Shown here: positions 26,501-32,000 of the stretch, one piece after another
Layout of the letters: every line of letters begins with the position of its first letter
Numbering within the stretch: position 1 is the stretch's first letter
From: Puniceicoccaceae bacterium Marseille-Q1082
GTDB taxonomy: Bacteria; Verrucomicrobiota; Verrucomicrobiia; Opitutales; Intestinicryptomonadaceae
Length of the DNA: 32,000 nucleotides
Direction: 5' to 3'
Assembly (NCBI GenBank): GCA_904424815.1
Contig: CAJGBI010000001.1
Span: 1,227,671-1,259,670, forward strand
Notes under the pieces: model-generated
Seen by the model: only the letters and a program-made list of their open reading frames with translations
What the model was told of the DNA's origin: nothing
Databases searched by the model: none
Made by a program: the position numbers and the translations under genes

Positions 26501-26703
26501 TGAGGCCGATAGTCATGACGTCGCTTGCGTTCATCCTCGGCGTGGTGCCGCTGGCGTACGGGACGGGCTCGGGCTTTGAGCTGAGGCAGTCGCTTGGCAC
26601 GTCGGTTATGTTCGGAATGATAGGCGTGACGGTATTCGGATGCGTGTTCACGCCCGTATTCTACTATGTAATAAGGCGCATATTCGCCAAACCGAGAACC
26701 TAA
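23578..26703 (+). CDS. RND efflux permease (AcrB/MexB-like, HAE1 type)
   Basis: 1041 aa with N-terminus MKFSHFFIDRPIFATVISV, a 12-TM architecture with two large periplasmic loops, and the conserved TM4 GLVLAIGIVVDDAIVVVEN. Confidence 0.95.
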   Translation: MKFSHFFIDRPIFATVISVFITFVGLIAFSQLSLTQYPNIAPPAVNVSGSYSGASPEVIMNTTLAPLEQKLNGVEGMIYMSSEATSEGSWSINITFETGVNIDMAQVLVQNRVRQAENRIPQEVRDVGINVYKRNPDILMTINLVSPNGTRDKIYLSNYAITQMQDRLARVKGVSEFGVWGAKEYSMRVWLDPDRLAAVNLSPIEVVDALKEQNTQVAAGRLNQPPSDTGAAFELLINAQGRLATTEEFGDIIVKYTPDGRIIHLKDIARIELGAYSYSNESYINQKSSVTMGVYQLPGTNAIETVKLLRAELEEMKKNFPDDVDYVIGYDTTEYVQESINALYRTIFEAVVLVVLVIIVFLQSWRAAIIPLFAIPVSLVGTFAIMYASGFTINNLTLFGLVLAIGIVVDDAIVVVENVERNMKGGLGAREATKQAMSQIQGALIAIVLVLSSAFLPTAFLPGISGQFYRQFAITISTSTIISGLVSLTLTPALCALFMRHSAHEKRSLFDLVWDYSLGFILKYFNLGFDKFALFYGKFVKFVVRISAIMLILYCGMIWATKEIFVETPTGFIPKQDRGSFNAWLRLPDGASFERSEEAVIKAGKLLADIEGIRYAVTTAGQGGSNVGRINFRLSDRKERDKNGWTLDHIMNRVKSVLDREILEATVNVTTPATVPGIGSGSDFKLQVEDRAGLGVFELEKYTNELIEAINALPAVNDAYTTYTTNNPQLYATIDRERAQKLNVSIDSIFRTLQFNLGSVYVNDFNILGRVYRVVAQAEASNRKDIADIYKLKVPNDLGQNVPLGSVVTIKRGIGPYKIVRYNLYPSAEIQGNLNEGYSTGYVMNEVEKLAAKILPQGMGIEWTDLAYQQKKAGNSSIYIFAVCVIFVFLLLSALYESWILPLSVILVVPLVILFAMIGVNIRGLDNNLMTQIGFVVLIGLACKNAILIVEFAKQREEHGEKIVSAVSTAAQNRLRPIVMTSLAFILGVVPLAYGTGSGFELRQSLGTSVMFGMIGVTVFGCVFTPVFYYVIRRIFAKPRT

Positions 26704-26816
26704 TTTTTCAGAACAGTTCCGAAATATTAAAAATATAAGCGAGAGAATTCTTTAATTTCTTCCAACTCTCCAACAAAAAAATACAATCCAGGCGCATTGG
26801 CTTTGCCAATCGCCAA

Positions 26817-26897
26817 GGGGCGGCAGGGTCGCTTCTATTGAAAGGGACGGCAGGGCCGCTTCCATTGAAGGGGACGGCAGGGCCGCTTCCATTGAAG
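26817..26897. repeat. 3 x 27-bp tandem mini-repeat
   Basis: GGGGCGGCAGGGTCGCTTCTATTGAAA, then GGGACGGCAGGGCCGCTTCCATTGAAG twice. Related single units lie at 27278-27305 and 27609-27662. Confidence 0.85.
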
Positions 26898-26959
26898 GGG
26901 CTAACGCCCCTTACGAAGATTGGCTTCGCCAATGCTTCTATCCCCTCTCCGTTCCCCGC

Positions 26960-26989
26960 AAAAAAACGAACCTCCCATGGGAGGTTCGT
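26960..26989 (-). terminator. intrinsic terminator Ta of repeat unit
   Basis: Minus strand: ACGAACCTCC-CATG-GGAGGTTCGT (perfect 10-bp stem) followed by T7. Confidence 0.75.
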
Positions 26990-27368
26990 TAATACTTCCG
27001 GAATTCGTTCCGAAAACCAAGGGTTTCCGATTTGGCACAATGAAAACGAAAGCTTATTTTATCCGAAGCGCAGCGAGGCTATAAAATAAGGCTTTCGGGA
27101 AGGATAAAATGCGCTAGCATTTTATTCGGATATATACAAAACTCCATATGCGGAAACTTCGGGGGCAGGCGCATTGGCTTTGCCAATCGCCAGGGGGCTT
27201 GCCCCCTCTGCGGCAGGCGCGCCCCGCGCCCGCGCAGCGCAACCAAGCCAGCGAATCCATTTTGGATGAAGAGCGAGGGCGGGCGGCGGTGCCGCTTCCA
27301 TAGAAGGGGCTGGCGCCCCTTACGAAGATTGGCTTCGCCAATGCTTCTATCCCCTCTCCATTCCCCAC

Positions 27369-27398
27369 AAAAAAACGAACCTCCCATGAGAGGTTCGT
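27369..27398 (-). terminator. intrinsic terminator Tb of repeat unit
   Basis: Minus strand: ACGAACCTC-TCATGG-GAGGTTCGT followed by T7. Confidence 0.75.
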
Positions 27399-27747
27399 TA
27401 ATACTTCCAAAATTCGTTCTGAAAACCAAAGGTTCCCGATTTGGCGTAATGAAAACGAAAGCTTATTTTATCCGAAGCGCAGCGAGGCTATAAAATAAGG
27501 CTTTCGGGAAGGATAAAATGCGCTAGCATTTTACCCCGCAGGGGTGAGAACAGCGCGGATTGCGCGCAGCGCAACCAAGCGAGCGAATCCATTTTGGATG
27601 AAGAGCGAGGGCGGCACGGGCCGCCAGCCATTGAAGGGGGCGGCGGTGCCGCTTCCATAGAAGGGGCTGACGCCCCTTACGCCCATTGCTTTGCAATAGG
27701 GCTATCCTCACTATTTCGGAGTTCGTTTTAAAAACCAAAGGTTCCCC

Positions 27748-27879
27748 GATTTGGCGCAATGCTTTTGGATGAAGAGCGAGTATAGGGAAGCCGCCAAGGG
27801 CGCGTGGCGTATTCGACATACGCGAGCGGTCTTGGCGGCTTCCCTAACGGAGCTATTCGCCAAAAGCATTCGCCAAATC
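27748..27879 (-). repeat. 132-nt long inverted repeat (REPIN/MITE-like hairpin) 5 nt downstream of the MFS stop codon
   Basis: Outer arms GATTTGGCGCAATGCTTTTGG (27748-27768) and CCAAAAGCATTCGCCAAATC (27860-27879). Inner 16-bp perfect stem TAGGGAAGCCGCCAAG/CTTGGCGGCTTCCCTA. Apical GCGTAT-TCGAC-ATACGC. Confidence 0.85.
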
Positions 27880-27884
27880 GTGGA

Positions 27885-29159
27885 TTAGGATTCTTCGTAG
27901 TCCTTATCAAAGAAAAAGAACTTTGCTATCATAAGCAGCGCGACGGCTGAAAGGCAGCATATGGAGAGGCTCGCGATGGCGTACTGGGGATTCAGCATGT
28001 CGCGAATCCATCCGAGAACGGTGGGGGAAACTGAGCCGATTATGAAGCCGAAGCACAGCATTATCCCCATGCCGGTCGCCCTATACTTTGGCTGGACAAC
28101 GTCGAAGAGGGAGGCGAATAGGCTCGAGTCGTATACGCCCCTTGAAAATCCGAAGAAGAAAAGCGAGACATAGCAGAGAATGTCGTTTCCGAGAAACGCC
28201 ATGAGAACGGCAAACGGCGCCGTCAGCAGAAAGCCGACGGAGGTAGTCTCGAAGCGTATGACTTTTCTGCCTACCGCGGCGAGCCTGTCGGTTATGCGGC
28301 AGCCTATCATTATTCCGATAAACGCCCCTATGTACGACCATATAACGGCGTTGAACGCGGCGGCGGCGGGCTCCAAGCCGTGGACTTCCTGGAGGAAGTC
28401 GGGCATCCACGTCTTGTATCCGATGTCTATGCACACGTTCATTCCGAACACGAGCCCGAGTATTATGGCGGACGGCTTGCGAACCATCACAAGCAGCGCG
28501 TCTTTAAGGGTTGCCGCATCGTCGCCTGCGGGCGACTTTTTCGCCATGAGCTCGCGCGAATAGCGCATCAGAAATGATAGCACCAGCGCCCATATTATGC
28601 CGGCGCCGCCGACGGAGAAGAACGCGAGCCGCCAGCCCTCATAGCCGCCGACGCTCGGAATGTTTCCGATATAGCCCGCGAACAGGCTGCACACTATTAT
28701 GCCCAGATACTGCGCCGTCTGCAAAATTGAAAATGCGGTGGAGCGGTTCTTTTCAAAGTGCTGCCCCAGAAGCGACGACGCCGGCGGATAGTAGCACCCC
28801 TGCCCCAGTCCGTTCAGCACGCCGTAGGTGAAAATCATAAGCCCGATGCTCGCCACAAATCCCGAGAGGAATATGCCCGAGCAGAAAGTGAGAACTCCAA
28901 AGACTATCATCCACTTTCTGCGCAGGAAGTCGCTGGCGAGCCCTGAAAACAGAACGGTGACACCGTAAGTGAAAGCGAAAGCCGTCATCACCGCGCCCAT
29001 TTTTGCGGAACTGCCCTCGCCGAAATACTCTTTTATCTGCGGCAGAATCGAAGGGTATATCTGCCTCGATCCCTGGTGAATGAAGTATGCGACCCACAGC
29101 AGCGCCAGCAGCATCCATTTGTACATTTCCTCGTGGCTTTCAAGTCTTCTCAATTTCAT
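27885..29159 (-). CDS. MFS transporter (substrate unknown)
   Basis: 424 aa with ~12 predicted TM segments and the MFS loop 2-3 motif GLASDFLRRKW. Confidence 0.85.
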   Translation of the reverse strand: MKLRRLESHEEMYKWMLLALLWVAYFIHQGSRQIYPSILPQIKEYFGEGSSAKMGAVMTAFAFTYGVTVLFSGLASDFLRRKWMIVFGVLTFCSGIFLSGFVASIGLMIFTYGVLNGLGQGCYYPPASSLLGQHFEKNRSTAFSILQTAQYLGIIVCSLFAGYIGNIPSVGGYEGWRLAFFSVGGAGIIWALVLSFLMRYSRELMAKKSPAGDDAATLKDALLVMVRKPSAIILGLVFGMNVCIDIGYKTWMPDFLQEVHGLEPAAAAFNAVIWSYIGAFIGIMIGCRITDRLAAVGRKVIRFETTSVGFLLTAPFAVLMAFLGNDILCYVSLFFFGFSRGVYDSSLFASLFDVVQPKYRATGMGIMLCFGFIIGSVSPTVLGWIRDMLNPQYAIASLSICCLSAVALLMIAKFFFFDKDYEES

Positions 29160-29216
29160 GGCGTAAAAATCTTGCGTTTTGTTGTAATTGCCGGCTTTCG
29201 CCGCGCGGGACGGGAA

Positions 29217-29263
29217 TAAAAAAGGAGGGGGGGGCCGAAGCGTCGGGCGCTCCCCCCTTCGGC
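29217..29263 (-). terminator. candidate intrinsic terminator downstream of the aldolase gene
   Basis: Minus strand: a GC-rich hairpin (alternative pairings G6/C6-8 or CCGAAG/CTTCGG) followed by TCC and T7. The geometry is imperfect. Confidence 0.45.
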
Positions 29264-29266
29264 GGG

Positions 29267-30094
29267 CTATTTGCCCGCAAAGAATTTCAGAAGGCGCGCC
29301 GCGTGCGCCGCGCAGTCGTCGATTACGGGATCCATGAACTTGTCTATCGGCGCGAATCCGCCGCCGAGCTTGTCAAGCTCCCTCCGCGTCGATTTCAGGA
29401 ATGTGTCCATAAATTCGGTCGCGATGTTTATCTTGGATATTCCGTTTTCGATGACTTTCCGGAGATCCGCGGGCGGAGTGCCCGTGCCGCCGTGCAGCAC
29501 GAGCGGAACGCCCGGGAGGGCCTCGGCTATTTCGGCGCAGCGCCCCGCCTCGATCTTGGGATCCGCCTTGTAGAAGCCGTGCACCGTGCCTATCGAGACG
29601 GCGAGCGCGTCGACGCCGGTTGCCTTGTGGAAGGCAACGGCCTCCTCGACGGTGGTGATGGCGTTTTCGTCGCCCATCGCCACATGCCCGATCTCGCCCT
29701 CGCAGCTCGCGCCGAGGGTGTGGGCGTAGTCGGCGGCGTACCTGGTGAGCTCCGCATTCTTTTCAAACGGGAGCGTCGAGCCGTCGAACATGACTGACGA
29801 TACGCCGGCGGCGAGAGCCTTCCTCACGATTTCGGGCGACCCGCCGTGGTCGAGGTGGACGACTACCGGCTGGCTGCATCTGTGCGCCATGCGCAAAACA
29901 GCTCCCGCCAGATCCGAGCCCTTTTCCGTGAGGAAGAGCCTCTGGAAAATCTGGATGATAACGGGGAGCTTTTCGCCCTCGGCCGCGCGGATTGCGCCCA
30001 TTGCGGCCTCGACGTTGGCGACGTTGAACGCCCCGACCGCGCGCTTTTGTCGGCGCGCTTCGGGGAGTATTTCCTTCAAGGTTACGAGAGGCAT
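29267..30094 (-). CDS. class II ketose-bisphosphate aldolase (FbaA/GatY/KbaY family)
   Basis: 275 aa with N-terminal VGAFNV, metal-binding HLDHG and LHGGTG motifs. Confidence 0.88.
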   Translation of the reverse strand: MPLVTLKEILPEARRQKRAVGAFNVANVEAAMGAIRAAEGEKLPVIIQIFQRLFLTEKGSDLAGAVLRMAHRCSQPVVVHLDHGGSPEIVRKALAAGVSSVMFDGSTLPFEKNAELTRYAADYAHTLGASCEGEIGHVAMGDENAITTVEEAVAFHKATGVDALAVSIGTVHGFYKADPKIEAGRCAEIAEALPGVPLVLHGGTGTPPADLRKVIENGISKINIATEFMDTFLKSTRRELDKLGGGFAPIDKFMDPVIDDCAAHAARLLKFFAGK

Positions 30095-30110
30095 TTTATT
30101 TCAACCTTTT

Positions 30111-31187
30111 TTACAGGCAGTCCGCCGCGATCTCCGTGAGGGTGGAAACCTTGAGCTTGGTGTTCTTGCCAAGCTGGGCCTTCGTATAGGGGGAAGCGAC
30201 CGCTATCAGGCAGCCCTTGTCGGCGCGCTCCTCAACGTACTTGGCCATTTTCTTGGCGATCTCGGGCCTGAGCTGCGCGAAGACGACCGCGCCCTCGCCG
30301 CAGGTGTACGACTCCTCGTTGTTCGTGCCGAACATGAAGGGGGTCTTCTCCGAAGTGAGGTCGGTTGCAAAGCCTTCCGCGCTCTCGGCTTTGAGCTGGC
30401 CGAGCAGCATTCTCGGGAATTTGAGATTGCCGTTGTAGTTTTTGAGGAAGTCGCTTTCAAGATAGCAGAGCCTGCCCGGCTTCTTGGAGAATTTGAGCTT
30501 GAGGGAAGCTATGAATTCGCTTGCGTGGACGGCCTTGGCGGAGAGCTTTACACCCCATGCCTTGAAATCGTTGACAAGCGCGTCGTAAACGGCGGGGTTG
30601 GAGACGACAACCGTCTTGACGCCCGACTTGTTGACCGCCTCGGCGAATTCCGCTGCCGCCTTTTTGGCGGCGTCGGCGTAGCCGAGAACGTAGAGAGCCT
30701 TGCCCGTGTTGCCGCCCCTGCCCGCGCGGTATTTCACGCCGGCTTTCTTGGCGATTTTGTCGAAGGCCTTGGCTTCCGAAGCGACCGCCGCGGTGTCGGC
30801 GTCAACGTAATAGAGAATGTCGCCGGAGCCGGAAATCTTCGGCGCGGCGGGCTCGGCGGCGAGCTTTTCGGCGAGCTTCTTCACGTCGTCGGGCGCGAGG
30901 CCGTTTTCCACTATGTCGCGGCGCGCAGCGAGCATTATGCCGTTTTCGTCAAAGTGGTTGACGCAGTGGTAGCGGCACGCCGCCGAGAGGTCGGACGAAT
31001 AAACCGTGTCGATGAAGTCGGCGTTGGCGAGCTTCGAGTTGTCGAGCAGGACGCCGTAGACCATCGCCGTGCGGATTCTCGGGGTGTCGGCTTCGCGGAA
31101 AGTCACGTTGCCGACGCCCGAGAGGTGGCGGCACATGAAGCAGAAGCGGCACTTTTTGATGTCTTCCTGAAAACTGTCTATATTCAT
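30111..31187 (-). CDS. putative (Fe-S)-binding oxidoreductase subunit (GlcF/GlpC-like, degenerate cysteine motifs)
   Basis: 358 aa with N-terminal CRFCFMCRH and CRYHC cysteine clusters. It is tightly linked (12-16 bp gaps) between an FAD-linked oxidase and the aldolase. The assignment is by pattern only. Confidence 0.55.
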   Translation of the reverse strand: MNIDSFQEDIKKCRFCFMCRHLSGVGNVTFREADTPRIRTAMVYGVLLDNSKLANADFIDTVYSSDLSAACRYHCVNHFDENGIMLAARRDIVENGLAPDDVKKLAEKLAAEPAAPKISGSGDILYYVDADTAAVASEAKAFDKIAKKAGVKYRAGRGGNTGKALYVLGYADAAKKAAAEFAEAVNKSGVKTVVVSNPAVYDALVNDFKAWGVKLSAKAVHASEFIASLKLKFSKKPGRLCYLESDFLKNYNGNLKFPRMLLGQLKAESAEGFATDLTSEKTPFMFGTNNEESYTCGEGAVVFAQLRPEIAKKMAKYVEERADKGCLIAVASPYTKAQLGKNTKLKVSTLTEIAADCL

Positions 31188-31199
31188 TGCAAATCTCCT

Positions 31200-32000
31200 T
31201 TACAGACCCATTTTGCCGGGGTTCATGATGTTGTTGGGGTCGAGAACCTTTTTGAGGTCTTGAAGGATGTAGAAGCTGTTCTTGTACAAGTCCTTCATAT
31301 AGCGACCGAGCTTGAGGCCCACGCCGTGGTGCTCGTTGATCACGCCGCCGTTAGCGATTGCCTCGCGTATGGCGACGTCCCAGACCCTGTTGTAGAGGGC
31401 GGCGGCTTCGTCGGCGTCCTGCGGGACATCCTTGCCCTCGAATATGAAGCGCGCGTAGAGCATGCAGCCCCACTCGTACCAGTGAGAGAAGTGGCCTATG
31501 AAGCGCGCCTGCGGGAAGTTCTTGTTTACGGCCTTCTTCATCGCCCAATACACGTCTTCTATGTGCGAGAAGTCCGCGACGGTGTCGAGCGTGCCGAACG
31601 CCTGCGGAATGTGGAACATATAGCCGGGATAGAAAAACTTGTACTTGTTGTTCCACCAGAGGTCGCCGCCCTTGCTGCCGAGGTCGCGCCCCTTGTATTT
31701 CTTCTCCATGATTTCGCGCGCGTACTCCATTTCGAGATCGACGATTTTTTCCCTGCCGTCGAAGCCGAACACGAGATACGCGCCGGAATCGATGTCTATG
31801 CCGAACACCTTCTGGACGTGCGTGCGCGTCTCGGTTTCGTCGTAGAGGCGCACGGCGCACGGGCGCAGGCGGCTGCGCATGAGGTCGGCGCCCGCGCTCA
31901 TTGCGGTATGGAAATCCTTGAAGAGATACGCGCGGAATTTGCGCGCCTCCGGAACAGGATGGATTTTAAGCGTCACTTTCGTTATCACGCCCAGAGTGCC
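31200..32000 (-). CDS. FAD-linked oxidase (GlcD / D-lactate dehydrogenase-like), C-terminal part; 5' end beyond window
   Basis: The frame stays open to the window edge (..GTLGVITKVTLKIHP.., the typical FAD-oxidase linker). C-terminal INEHHGVGLKLG and DPNNIMNPGK motifs. Confidence 0.8.
   Translation of the reverse strand, partial: GTLGVITKVTLKIHPVPEARKFRAYLFKDFHTAMSAGADLMRSRLRPCAVRLYDETETRTHVQKVFGIDIDSGAYLVFGFDGREKIVDLEMEYAREIMEKKYKGRDLGSKGGDLWWNNKYKFFYPGYMFHIPQAFGTLDTVADFSHIEDVYWAMKKAVNKNFPQARFIGHFSHWYEWGCMLYARFIFEGKDVPQDADEAAALYNRVWDVAIREAIANGGVINEHHGVGLKLGRYMKDLYKNSFYILQDLKKVLDPNNIMNPGKMGL

Larger units (their letters stand above)
26791..27879 (-). repeat. mosaic of structured repeats from the same family as 18443-19228
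   Basis: Contains a 253-bp block duplicated at a 409-bp offset (26872-27124 and 27281-27533), a third degenerate copy (27640-27747), and modules shared with locus 1: the CTTCTAT/ATAGAAG junction module, the terminator hairpin, the CGGA..TCCG hairpin and the GATTTGGCG box. Confidence 0.88.

Noticed and set aside
26704-26790. AT-rich 87-bp tract right after the RND permease stop, considered as a terminator or an IS remnant.
   Set aside because: It has no convincing stem-loop followed by a T-run on the plus strand and no inverted repeats. It probably just marks the edge of the repeat mosaic.
26796-27342. Sigma54-like -24/-12 geometry in the ATTGGC-N3-GCCAATGC palindromes: TGGCTTCGCCAATGC on the plus strand at 26919 and 27328, and TGGCAAAGCCAATGC on the minus strand at 26796 and 27173.
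   Set aside because: The GG..GC spacing is right, but it is a by-product of a palindrome. The -12 element is ATGC rather than TTGC. The locus-1 counterpart (18468-18486) has lost the TGGC. No enhancer-binding-protein sites or gene are visible. I keep it only as a low-probability idea that 5'-end mapping could test.

Overview
High-GC (by eye above 60%) Gram-negative chromosomal window. The divergent FtsZ suggests a PVC-type lineage (Lentisphaerae, Kiritimatiellae or Verrucomicrobia-like), but that is a guess I cannot verify here. Positions 1-14233 hold an almost complete, translationally coupled dcw cluster on the plus strand: murE (5' truncated), murF, mraY, murD, a LysM protein, ftsW, murG, murC, ddl, ftsQ, ftsA, ftsZ. 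A secreted esterase follows 8 bp later. Next come purT, an LpxL-like acyltransferase carrying half a GT9 domain, and glgC, all on the minus strand. After these lie an AT-richer ISL3 insertion, a tRNA-Ala/tRNA-Gln pair, an RND efflux pair (adaptor plus permease), an MFS transporter, and a minus-strand operon of FAD-oxidase, Fe-S protein and class II aldolase that runs off the window end. I saw no rRNA, CRISPR array or recognisable defence genes. The most unusual content is non-coding. Two long gaps (about 18.28-19.23 kb and 26.70-27.88 kb) are filled with one family of structured repeats. All copies are oriented on the minus strand, and six of them end in the same strong intrinsic terminator. 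Each locus is capped by a 132-nt long hairpin next to the stop codon of the upstream gene. Compensatory and G.U-only substitutions point to constraint on a minus-strand RNA. I cannot match these repeats to any ncRNA or repeat family I know. They are either a multicopy sRNA family or a terminator-carrying REPIN/BIME-like mosaic element. Secondary oddities: FtsZ lacks both acidic T7-loop residues, MurF has an acidic tail, a LysM protein is inserted in the dcw cluster, and the IS has a duplicated right end.
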